Of a DNA stretch of 64,000 bases, positions 41,333-50,708 are shown in pieces; position 1 is the stretch's first letter, and each line of letters starts with the position of its first letter. This DNA is from Candidatus Dojkabacteria bacterium (GTDB lineage: Bacteria; Patescibacteriota; Dojkabacteria; J137): NCBI GenBank assembly GCA_030950485.1, contig JAUZRK010000021.1:5498-69497 (forward strand). The letters run 5' to 3'. Below the pieces are notes generated by a model. It was not told the origin of the DNA and searched no databases. It saw only the letters and a program-made list of their open reading frames with translations. The position numbers and the translations under genes were made by a program.

Positions 41333-44300
41333 ATGACTCTGGCAACTGAAAAGTTGAATAGGCAAAGAGGTATTAAGTTTTACTTAAGCGCCATATTCAT
41401 ATTGGCGTTCCTCTTTACGTTATTACTATTATTCTCTGGTGAAGGATCTTCGTCAGGTTCAAATTTTGGTAATTCAAATTCAAAGAATGATTTAGCGGTT
41501 ACTGATTTCGGTGACTTTGTTTTGACGAGCTCGCAGTTGAGTGATGGAAGCATTTCAAGGGCTAAAATTTTAAACGGATCTGTAACACTAGATAAACTGG
41601 CAAAAGATACGATTATACAATATCCCGATGGGAAGACTGGCCCTGTAAATGTTAGTAATAAATCAATTTTAGAATGGCATCTTGCAGATGGCTCGGTAAG
41701 TACAGCCAAAATCTTAGATTCTGCAATTACTACAGCTAAACTTGCAGATGGCTCAATAACTGAAATTAAAATAATAGATGGTGCAATATCTTCAGGAAAA
41801 ATTAGAGATGGAAGTATTCTTGCAATTGATCTTTCAAATGGAAGCATTATTACTGCAAAAATTGCAGATGGTGCTATTACTGAGTCGAAAATAGCTAGTA
41901 ATTCAATTAGCACAGATAAACTTCAAAATGGATCAGTAACACTAGATAAATTAGCCCCAGGTGTACTAGATGGTATAACTATAAATAATGATTCATTAAA
42001 TGGAGATGTTTTAATTGATAATTCCGTTAACGGTTCAAAAATAGAAGATAACTCAATTACTGGCGATAAAATTGAAAATAATTCAGTTACGGGGGATGAC
42101 ATTCAGGATAATTCAATTACGGGAGATGATATTCAAGACAACTCAGTTACAAATCTTGATCTTGCAGATGGTTCTGTCACAGGTGTTAAATTGGCAGACA
42201 ACTCAATAAATGGGGCTAAGTTAACTAACTTATCTATAACTGCTGCAAAGATAGCACTAGGAACAATAGCAGGAGCTCAAGTAGCAAGTGATGGAAGTGT
42301 AGTTAAATCTATAATAGGAGGAGGAGGTATACAAGTTACTAATAATAATAATGGTAGCTATTCTCTAAAGCTCATAACTACTTGTTCTGATGGACAGGTA
42401 TTATCATGGAATAGTGCTGGTACGGATTGGGTCTGTACAACACCTCCAGGAGGAGCTGGTCTTTCAGACACAGATGATTTAGCAGAAGGTACGTTAAATC
42501 TATACTATACAACTACAAGATTCAATACAGACTTTAACTCTAAAGATACTGATGAATTAACAGAAGGAACAACAAACCTTTATTATACAGAAGCAAGATT
42601 TGATTCCTCACTTGGTGGAAAAACACTAGACGACATAACAGAAGGGACAACAAATAAATTTTATACAGAAACAGCATTTGATAATTCATTTAGTAATAAA
42701 GATAGTGATGATCTTACAGAAGGAGCTTCAAATCTTTTCTGGACACAAAGTAGATTTGATATAGCTTTTGGACTAAAAGACACAGACGACCTAGCAGAAG
42801 GAGCAACAAACCTATACTATACAGAAACAAGATTTGATAACTCATTCGCAGGAAAGTCATTAGACGATTTAGCGGAAGGAGTTACAAATAAATTCTATAC
42901 AGAAACAGCATTCGATAATTCGTTGAGCGGTAAGACAACAACAGATGTAGCAGAGGGAACAAACTTATACTATACAGAAGAAAGAGCACAAGACGGAGTA
43001 GGAACAGCATTAACAGATACAACAGAAATAAACTTTACATATAACGATGCAGGAAATGCAATTACAGCAGATTTAATAGATGGATCAATAGCAGAATCTA
43101 GATTAGATGTATTAAATGCACCAACAGACACATATTCATTAACATGGAATCAAGGATCAGGAAAAATGGAATGGGTAAATGTAAGTGGAGGAGGAGCAAC
43201 AACATTTAATAGTTTATCAGATACAAACTTAACAGCAGTAGCACAAGGAGACGTACTATATTATGATGGAACAGACTGGGTAAATTTAGCAGCAGGAACA
43301 AGTGGACAATTCTTACAAACCGCTGGAGTGGGTGCAAATCCAACTTGGGCTAATATTAGTGGATCTCTTGCTAGCGGAACTCTTTCAGGAAATACTTTAG
43401 AATGGAATGGAGTTGCCTGGGTAGAAAGCTCAGCATTAACAAATGACGGAACAGATGTAGCTACGAGTGGACAATTTAGTTCAAATGGAAATACAATAAT
43501 CGGAAGTGACGCAGCAGATACATTATTAATAAACGCAATACTACAAGGATCAAATCCATTAGTATTTGAAGGAGCAACAACAAATGCATTTACAACAACA
43601 TTAGCAATAACAGATCCAACAGCAAATAATACAATAACATTACCAGATAGTTCAGGAACACTAGTTCTAACTTCTGATTTAACAGGATTAGCAGCAACAA
43701 CTGATTTCGATACAGAAACAGAACTAGAAGGATTACTAACAGATGTAACAAACATATATACAAATAACGACGGAAACCTAAATGATGACGATCTATCAGA
43801 TAACGATACTGGAGATTTAGCAGAAGGAACAAATCTATACTTTACAAACGAAAGAGTAGATGACCAGGTAGCATTATTAGTACAAAATGGAACAGGAATT
43901 TCATGGGCATATGATGATGGAGCAAATACATTTACACCAACAATAAGTTTAAGTGCATTCGATACAGATAATTTAGCTGAAGGAGCTACAAACTTCTATT
44001 GGAGCGATACAAGATTTGATAACGCTCTTGCATTAAAGGACACAGACGATCTAGCAGAAGGGTTAACAAATCTATACTATACAGAGACAAGATTCGACAA
44101 TTCATTCGCAGGAAAATCATTAGACGATTTAGCGGAAGGAGTTACAAATAAATTCTACACAGAAACAGCATTCGATAATTCATTATCAGGAAAAACACTA
44201 GACGATATAACTGAAGGAATAACAAACCTATACTTTACAAACGAAAGAGTAGACGACCAAGTAGCCTTGTTAATAAAAGATGGACTAGGAATAAATTGGA

Positions 44301-47014
44301 CATACGATGATAGATTAGGCACATTAACAGGAGTAGTAGATTTTACAGACTTCGATACAGATAACTTAGCAGGAAAGATACTAGACGATATAACTGAAGG
44401 AATAACTAATAAATTCTATACAGAAACAGCATTTGATAATAGCTTGTCAGGTAAAACAACAACAGATGTAGCAGAAGGAACAAATCTATACTTTACAGAC
44501 GAAAGAGCACAAGACGGAGTAGGAACAGCATTAACAGATACAACAGAAATAAACTTTACATATAACGATGCAGGAAATGCAATTACCGCTGATTTAATAG
44601 ATGGGACAATAGCAGAAACTAGGTTAGCCGTTCTAAACGGACCTGCTGATGGACAAATTTTAAGTTGGAACCAAGGATCAGCGCAGATGGAATGGATCAA
44701 TAATAGTGGAGGAAGTTCTACATTTAGTGCTTTATCAGATACAAACCTAACAGCAGTAGCACAAGGAGACGTACTGTATTATGACGGAACAGATTGGGTA
44801 AACTTAGCAGCAGGAACAAGCGGACAATTCTTACAAACACAGGGAACAGGTGCTAATCCAATTTGGGCTACAAGTCCAGGTGCTCTTGCAAATGGTACAC
44901 TAGCTAATAATACTTTAAGATGGAACGGTTCAGCTTGGGTTGAAAGCTCAGCTTTAACTAATAATGGTACTGATATAACAGTAAGTGGGCAACTTAATGC
45001 TAATGGAAATACTATAATTGGTGATGCAAATACAGATACTGTAACATTTAATTCAATTCTACAAGGAGCAATCCCACTAGTATTTGAAGGATCTACAAGT
45101 AATACATTCGAAACAAGTTTATCAGTAACAGATCCAACAGCAGATAGAACAATAACATTACCAGATGCTGATGGTACTGTAGCGTTAACATCAGATTTAA
45201 CTGGTTTAGCTGCTACAACTGATTTTGATACTGAGGCAGAGTTAGAAGGATTATTAACAGATGTAACAAATGTATATACTAACAATGATGGAAATTTAAA
45301 TGACGATGACCTTTCAAATAATAGTACAAGTGATCTAGCAGAAGGAACAAATCTATACTTTACAGATGAAAGAGTTGATGACAGGGTTTCAGTTGTAGTA
45401 CAAAACGGAACTGGAATTTCATGGTCATACAATGATGGGGCAAATACATTTACACCAACAATATCACTAGCTGCATTCAGTACAGATAATTTAGCTGAAG
45501 GAGCTACAAATTTATATTACACTGGCGCAAGATTTAATTCTGACTTAGCTACAAAGACAACAACAGATCTAACAGAAGGAACAAACCAATACTTTACAGA
45601 TGAAAGAGTAGACGATAGAGTAGCTACACTTGTACAAAATGGAACAGGAATTACATGGTCATACAATGATGGAGCAAATATATTTACACCAACAATTACT
45701 CTAGGAACAAGCATTGATAGTTCAGAAATCGTCGATGGTACTATTGTAAATGCAGATGTAAACGCAGCTGCTGGAATAGTAGAAAGTAAATTAGCACTAA
45801 ATTTCCCAACACATACTAATGCAAATGATCCAACAGCTGCTCAGAAAGCAAAGCTTGTTGAATTAGTTGATGCAGCAGATACTAATATAGCAATAGGTAA
45901 TAAGAATATTTCTAATATACATACACAAAACACAGATACAGGAACTACAGCTACTAGCTTTCAAATAAATTCAGGAGCAAGCGGTCCTAGATTGAAAAAT
46001 AGTACAGGTACACTTCAAGTAAGAAATGCAGCAGATAGCGGATTCGCTAATTTACAAGCTGCAGATATTCAAGGAGGAAACTTAAATCTAACCGGAAATG
46101 TAGATTTTGATGGAGTATTATTAGCAGGTTCTACTGGCGTTCAATTAACAAACGCAGTTGGTAAAATCCAGGCTATTTCATCAACATATTTTGCAGACTT
46201 ATCAGGAGCTAACTTAACAGGACTTAATGCAACTCAGCTATTATCAGGTACAGTCCCATCCGCAAGATTAAGTGGAAGCTATACAGGAATTACAGGACTT
46301 GGAACAGTAACTACAGGAGTTTGGAACGGTACTAGAGTAGATATTTCAGATTATACAAATTTAGCAGCAGGAACAAATCTAACACTTGTAAACGATACTT
46401 TAAATGTTAATGATGCATTCTTAACAAATACAGGAAATGATTCTACAACAGGGATACTAACAGCAGCAGGATTCGTATCAACACCTACAGGATCAGCACC
46501 AATCTCTCCAACAGCGGGACAAGTTTATTACAATTCGTTAGATAGTAATATGTATGTTTACGATGGGACTCAGTGGGTAGATCTAACAGTACAGTCTGCT
46601 GGAGGTGGAGGAGCAGCTTCAATGGTTCACTATGCTGAGGCAGATGCTCAGCAAACAAATGCTACACTAACAATGACACCTGCTCTTAGTACGACATTTA
46701 CGCCAACAACAACAGGTAATTACCTTATCGAGTATACATATGAAATTAGTAATTCAAGTTCATCTAAATTAAGTCTTTCTAATGTAGATTATTGTACTGG
46801 TACTGTAGCATGTCCTGGAGGAGGAACTATAATAGCAAATCATACACAGTCAGCTTTTGGCTCTGTTAGTTACTCTATGGTCTCAGGTTTCAAGCGAGTT
46901 TCTTTAACTGGTGCTCAGCCATACAATGTAGATGTAAGTCACAGAACAGAGGTGACAGCTGGAGGAGCTACTTCATACATTCAAAATGTAAGAGTAATTG
47001 TTTGGAAGCTATAG
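41333..47014 (+). CDS. Giant (1893 aa) membrane-anchored fibrous surface protein built of short tandem repeats, with phage-tail-fibre-like character
   Basis: N-terminal TM segment. About 25 copies of an ~11-aa repeat (e.g. DGSITEIKIIDGAISSGKIRDGSILAIDLSNGSIITAKIADG). More than 20 copies of a ~19-aa repeat (TDDLAEGxTNLYYTExRFDxSxxGK). Gly/Thr/Asn-rich beta-rich segments. Internal ~1.5-kb tandem duplication. Confidence 0.7.
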   Translation: MTLATEKLNRQRGIKFYLSAIFILAFLFTLLLLFSGEGSSSGSNFGNSNSKNDLAVTDFGDFVLTSSQLSDGSISRAKILNGSVTLDKLAKDTIIQYPDGKTGPVNVSNKSILEWHLADGSVSTAKILDSAITTAKLADGSITEIKIIDGAISSGKIRDGSILAIDLSNGSIITAKIADGAITESKIASNSISTDKLQNGSVTLDKLAPGVLDGITINNDSLNGDVLIDNSVNGSKIEDNSITGDKIENNSVTGDDIQDNSITGDDIQDNSVTNLDLADGSVTGVKLADNSINGAKLTNLSITAAKIALGTIAGAQVASDGSVVKSIIGGGGIQVTNNNNGSYSLKLITTCSDGQVLSWNSAGTDWVCTTPPGGAGLSDTDDLAEGTLNLYYTTTRFNTDFNSKDTDELTEGTTNLYYTEARFDSSLGGKTLDDITEGTTNKFYTETAFDNSFSNKDSDDLTEGASNLFWTQSRFDIAFGLKDTDDLAEGATNLYYTETRFDNSFAGKSLDDLAEGVTNKFYTETAFDNSLSGKTTTDVAEGTNLYYTEERAQDGVGTALTDTTEINFTYNDAGNAITADLIDGSIAESRLDVLNAPTDTYSLTWNQGSGKMEWVNVSGGGATTFNSLSDTNLTAVAQGDVLYYDGTDWVNLAAGTSGQFLQTAGVGANPTWANISGSLASGTLSGNTLEWNGVAWVESSALTNDGTDVATSGQFSSNGNTIIGSDAADTLLINAILQGSNPLVFEGATTNAFTTTLAITDPTANNTITLPDSSGTLVLTSDLTGLAATTDFDTETELEGLLTDVTNIYTNNDGNLNDDDLSDNDTGDLAEGTNLYFTNERVDDQVALLVQNGTGISWAYDDGANTFTPTISLSAFDTDNLAEGATNFYWSDTRFDNALALKDTDDLAEGLTNLYYTETRFDNSFAGKSLDDLAEGVTNKFYTETAFDNSLSGKTLDDITEGITNLYFTNERVDDQVALLIKDGLGINWTYDDRLGTLTGVVDFTDFDTDNLAGKILDDITEGITNKFYTETAFDNSLSGKTTTDVAEGTNLYFTDERAQDGVGTALTDTTEINFTYNDAGNAITADLIDGTIAETRLAVLNGPADGQILSWNQGSAQMEWINNSGGSSTFSALSDTNLTAVAQGDVLYYDGTDWVNLAAGTSGQFLQTQGTGANPIWATSPGALANGTLANNTLRWNGSAWVESSALTNNGTDITVSGQLNANGNTIIGDANTDTVTFNSILQGAIPLVFEGSTSNTFETSLSVTDPTADRTITLPDADGTVALTSDLTGLAATTDFDTEAELEGLLTDVTNVYTNNDGNLNDDDLSNNSTSDLAEGTNLYFTDERVDDRVSVVVQNGTGISWSYNDGANTFTPTISLAAFSTDNLAEGATNLYYTGARFNSDLATKTTTDLTEGTNQYFTDERVDDRVATLVQNGTGITWSYNDGANIFTPTITLGTSIDSSEIVDGTIVNADVNAAAGIVESKLALNFPTHTNANDPTAAQKAKLVELVDAADTNIAIGNKNISNIHTQNTDTGTTATSFQINSGASGPRLKNSTGTLQVRNAADSGFANLQAADIQGGNLNLTGNVDFDGVLLAGSTGVQLTNAVGKIQAISSTYFADLSGANLTGLNATQLLSGTVPSARLSGSYTGITGLGTVTTGVWNGTRVDISDYTNLAAGTNLTLVNDTLNVNDAFLTNTGNDSTTGILTAAGFVSTPTGSAPISPTAGQVYYNSLDSNMYVYDGTQWVDLTVQSAGGGGAASMVHYAEADAQQTNATLTMTPALSTTFTPTTTGNYLIEYTYEISNSSSSKLSLSNVDYCTGTVACPGGGTIIANHTQSAFGSVSYSMVSGFKRVSLTGAQPYNVDVSHRTEVTAGGATSYIQNVRVIVWKL

Positions 47015-47082
47015 AAACTCCTTTACAAATATAACTAAATTATCTAAACTTTTTTATAGTTAATATTTATTAAAATTTAAAA

Positions 47083-47538
47083 ATGGCAAAACTTAAAGGA
47101 CTGGACGATAAGTCATCAATGAATTCAATGGTATCAGGAGAAACTATTAAAATGATTTTATTCTTTTTAATAGCTGTGTTTACATTAACAATAACTATCT
47201 TTAGAGATAATCTAGCCCCTATTTCAAATGACGATCTATATAGTTCAGATTACCAAGCTGTATTTCTTACAAATGGACAAGTTTATTTCGGAGATGTTAC
47301 TGATGAAAGATCTGATGTAGTTATCCTAGAAGATATTTATTATCTACAAATAAATAAAAATATTCAGTCACAAGATCCAAATGAAGCAGCAACTGAAGTT
47401 CCTGATATTAGTTTAATAAAATTAGGAGAAGAGTTACACGGGCCAGAAGATCAAATGATTATAAATAAAGAGCAAGTTCTATTCATTGAGAATCTTAAAT
47501 CTGATTCAGACGTAGTAAAAGCAATTCAGTCAAACTAA
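47083..47538 (+). CDS. Hypothetical protein with an N-terminal TM anchor
   Basis: TM helix (MILFFLIAVFTLTITIF) followed by a soluble domain. Confidence 0.4.
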   Translation: MAKLKGLDDKSSMNSMVSGETIKMILFFLIAVFTLTITIFRDNLAPISNDDLYSSDYQAVFLTNGQVYFGDVTDERSDVVILEDIYYLQINKNIQSQDPNEAATEVPDISLIKLGEELHGPEDQMIINKEQVLFIENLKSDSDVVKAIQSN

Positions 47539-47559
47539 ACTAAATACAAAGAACATTAG

Positions 47560-48762
47560 ATGGAGGGGAATAATTTACAAAATAATAGTGTTATTCAGCC
47601 TTCATCTAATGCTTCGGATCTAAGCTCACAAGTAAAAGACGAAATCTCAATATTAGAAAGAAAGCTAGATAATTCTGATCTTCCTCCAGATTTAATGGAG
47701 AAAGCTAGAGCAATGATCATAAGGCTTAAAAAAATGTCTATTGGAGGCAGTTATTCAAATGAATATGAACCTGTATCTGAATACATTAACTGGATAATAC
47801 AGCTTCCTTGGGATATATATACAAAAGATAATCTTGATATGGCTCATGCTAAAGAAAGTCTAAGTAAATATCATTACGGATTAGATCCTGTAAAAAATAG
47901 AATTTTAGAATATCTAGCAGTAATTCACCTTCAAGCTATGAATAATAAAGCTAAGGCTGAAGAGCTTGCTGCTCAGGGTGGTACAGCAGAATCAAATTCT
48001 GATAAGATGAAAAAGCTTACAGGTAATTCATCTAATGCTCCAATTCTTTGTTTTGTTGGAATTCAAGGTGTTGGTAAAACATCGTTAGCAAAATCAATCG
48101 CAATAGCATTGAATAGAGGTTTTATGAGAATACCTTTAGGAGGGCTTGGTGGAGTTGCAGAAATTAGAGGACGAGCAAGAGGAACTATTGATCCTGAACC
48201 TGGACAAATTATAAAGGCTTTAATAAGGACTGGATCGATGAATCCATTAATATTGCTGGACGAAATAGATAAAGTTAGTAGTGATACTGGTTTACGAGCA
48301 GATGTAATGGCTGCATTACTAGAAATCCTAGATCCAGAACAGAATTCTACTTTTATTGATAAGTATTTAGATTATCCTGTTGATCTTTCAAAGTGCATGT
48401 TTATAACAACTGCGAATAATCTTGGGGGTATTTCAGCAGCACTTCTAGATAGGTTAGAGGTTATTAGATTTGGTAGTTATAATGATAATGAAAAAATGAC
48501 TATAGCTAAAGATTATCTATTACCTAAAGTTAGAAAAGCTACTGGTTTAACAAAAGAACAACTTGATTTTGCACCTGATGTTTGGCCATTAGTAATAAGG
48601 CCTTTAGGTTTTGACGCAGGAGTAAGACAATTAGAAAGAACTTTAACAGATCTTGCTAGAAAGGTCGCTTTAAAAATAGTCCAAGGAGTTACAGATGGTG
48701 TAAAAGTAACTAAAGAAAACTTCCGTGAATTTATACCCGAAGATATCGGTATATACTCTTAA
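47560..48762 (+). CDS. Lon-type AAA+ ATPase module lacking both the N-terminal LON domain and the S16 protease domain
   Basis: High similarity to the Lon ATPase (YINWIIQLPW, HYGLDPVKNRILEYLAV, ILCFVGIQGVGKTSLAKSIA, LLDEIDK, DPEQNSTFIDKYLDYPVDLSKCMFITTAN, LLDRLEVIRFGSY, GVRQLER). The ORF stops where the protease domain would begin. Confidence 0.75.
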   Translation: MEGNNLQNNSVIQPSSNASDLSSQVKDEISILERKLDNSDLPPDLMEKARAMIIRLKKMSIGGSYSNEYEPVSEYINWIIQLPWDIYTKDNLDMAHAKESLSKYHYGLDPVKNRILEYLAVIHLQAMNNKAKAEELAAQGGTAESNSDKMKKLTGNSSNAPILCFVGIQGVGKTSLAKSIAIALNRGFMRIPLGGLGGVAEIRGRARGTIDPEPGQIIKALIRTGSMNPLILLDEIDKVSSDTGLRADVMAALLEILDPEQNSTFIDKYLDYPVDLSKCMFITTANNLGGISAALLDRLEVIRFGSYNDNEKMTIAKDYLLPKVRKATGLTKEQLDFAPDVWPLVIRPLGFDAGVRQLERTLTDLARKVALKIVQGVTDGVKVTKENFREFIPEDIGIYS

Positions 48763-48818
48763 AACATTAGCTTTCCAGAAAAATTTATCCTATTATATAG
48801 TAGGGGAAATGTATATTC

Positions 48819-49382
48819 ATGAAAATAGTTCTAATAGATGATGATCTAATAATTAGGGAAGCCGTTAAATCAGCTTTTAGTATCCTTGAAGATACTTTAA
48901 GTTTTTCTCTTGACGTCTATACAGCAGAGAATGGAGCAGAAGGCCTAGGTTTAGTTTATGTTACAAAAGCGGATGTAATTGTTATCGATCTTACTCTTCC
49001 TAAATATAGTGGAAAAGAAGTCCTTGAATACATTATAAATAATCACGGCCTTAACCCAAAGACAAAGCAAATAATTCTTCTTCATGAAAATGATGATTAC
49101 GCAAGCTTTAGATCCCCTAAAAATATTTCCCTTATTAATAAATCTAAAAACGACTTTACTATAAAGCTTGTTAACAGCATTACAACTTTTTACCATTTAG
49201 AAGGTAAGAAATTTTCATCAATACAAAAAATAAAACTTAGATTAGTAAATAGAGTAATCATATGGGGGAACTATTTAGATATCGTTAGTAAGAGGTTATT
49301 TACTGGAGGTTTATTTATGAAGATAGTTTTCCTGATCCCTTGGATTGTAATTCAAATTATGGGGGGATGTATCTTACATTAA
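48819..49382 (+). CDS. Stand-alone receiver (REC) domain protein; the annotated C-terminus probably over-extends into the next gene
   Basis: IVLIDDD...DVIVIDLTLPKYSGKEVLEYI has a CheY-like fold signature. No output domain. Confidence 0.5.
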   Translation: MKIVLIDDDLIIREAVKSAFSILEDTLSFSLDVYTAENGAEGLGLVYVTKADVIVIDLTLPKYSGKEVLEYIINNHGLNPKTKQIILLHENDDYASFRSPKNISLINKSKNDFTIKLVNSITTFYHLEGKKFSSIQKIKLRLVNRVIIWGNYLDIVSKRLFTGGLFMKIVFLIPWIVIQIMGGCILH

Positions 49383-50542
49383 TGTATTTAGTAAATGGTA
49401 AGGTTAAAGAAATAAATATAGATCAGCAAAAGAAAGACGATATTAAACTTAGAGCAAAGACCTATCCTGTACTTGGAGGTATTGGAGCTGGAATAATGCT
49501 ACTTTTAATTCAAGTTGGTCTTATAGTTCTAGGTGGATTCACTATAGGTAAAAATTCGCTAACAGATACTTTAGCAGTTTCAGAAGGAATTGAAATTAAC
49601 TTTTCAAAGGATGATGCGATAGAGTATAAATTGAATAATATTGGTCTAATGGATAATGGGGCGATCTTACTTAATGATATAGACTTATATGTTGAAGAAG
49701 AAACTATAACTCCTGAAGTTATTAAATTACCTATAGAGGATGCTGAAATTATTCAGCCAACATCTTACAGTGATGTTTTAGAAATTGAAGAGGAGGTAAA
49801 TGATCTAATAATATTTGATGATGAATTAGAAATTACTAATCCAATTGAAGATACCACTTTAGAATCAGATTTAGATTCCGAAGAAATAGTGATTGAGAAT
49901 CTTGATTTACCTGTGGAACAGAAAGAAGAAGCTATAATACCTGACGAAGAACAAGTTTCACAAGACTTAATTGAAAATAAGGCAGAGGTACTTGGTGTTA
50001 GAACTAGTGAAACACGAGTAGGTAGCATTCAGCTATTAAATCCTATCGAATACAAATACATAATAAGCGTAGCTGAGATTGGAAGTAAACCAGAAAATAC
50101 TGAAATTAAATATCAGATTAGTAATGATGGGTTAAGTTGGTATTATAATTGGGAAGGATTATGGGTAGAAACATTTGATGATGAATTTAATTCAAATACA
50201 ATTGAAGATCTAAATTTAAATTTAGAATCATTCGAAAAAACAGGAGAGATTTATTTTAGAATTTATCTAATAGGTAATAGTAACTCTAGTCCTATTCTTG
50301 AGAAATTAGTAATACAAGGAGATTTTGACAGTATTCTAGATATAGAGATTCCAACTAGTAGTCCTATAGATCTCGAATCAACAGATGAATTAATAGAAGA
50401 AAATATTTCTAATATAAATATTGATGAATCATTAAGAAATATTGAAACAAAAATTTACAATGCAAGTTTTTATAACGGTGAAAAAGTTGTTAGAGGTAAG
50501 GTAACTGATCTATCAGATAATCTTATAGGAGTGAATTATTAG
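49340..50542 (+). CDS. Membrane-anchored acidic protein; possibly the N-terminal portion of the downstream giant CSLREA gene
   Basis: TM helix (VLGGIGAGIMLLLIQVGLIVLGGF) then an acidic Glu/Asp/Ile-rich linker. The downstream 50543..50708 has no independent gene. Confidence 0.4.
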   Translation: MDCNSNYGGMYLTLMYLVNGKVKEINIDQQKKDDIKLRAKTYPVLGGIGAGIMLLLIQVGLIVLGGFTIGKNSLTDTLAVSEGIEINFSKDDAIEYKLNNIGLMDNGAILLNDIDLYVEEETITPEVIKLPIEDAEIIQPTSYSDVLEIEEEVNDLIIFDDELEITNPIEDTTLESDLDSEEIVIENLDLPVEQKEEAIIPDEEQVSQDLIENKAEVLGVRTSETRVGSIQLLNPIEYKYIISVAEIGSKPENTEIKYQISNDGLSWYYNWEGLWVETFDDEFNSNTIEDLNLNLESFEKTGEIYFRIYLIGNSNSSPILEKLVIQGDFDSILDIEIPTSSPIDLESTDELIEENISNINIDESLRNIETKIYNASFYNGEKVVRGKVTDLSDNLIGVNY

Positions 50543-50708
50543 CTAACTTAGCTAATTATGAAGTTGTAATAGAATATCCAACCGGAGAGCTTATTGGTAA
50601 GACCGAGCTATATTTGAATAAAAAAAAGAGATAGAATTTACTTTAAGAACTCCAAATAGAGCTGGTGGATATGTTCGAGCATATCTAGTAAATAAAGATG
50701 ACTCAAGT

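Noticed and set aside
41333-47014. Periodic repeats as a CRISPR array
   Set aside because: The repeats are in-frame, of variable sequence, and encode peptide repeats. There is no repeat-spacer architecture and there are no cas genes.
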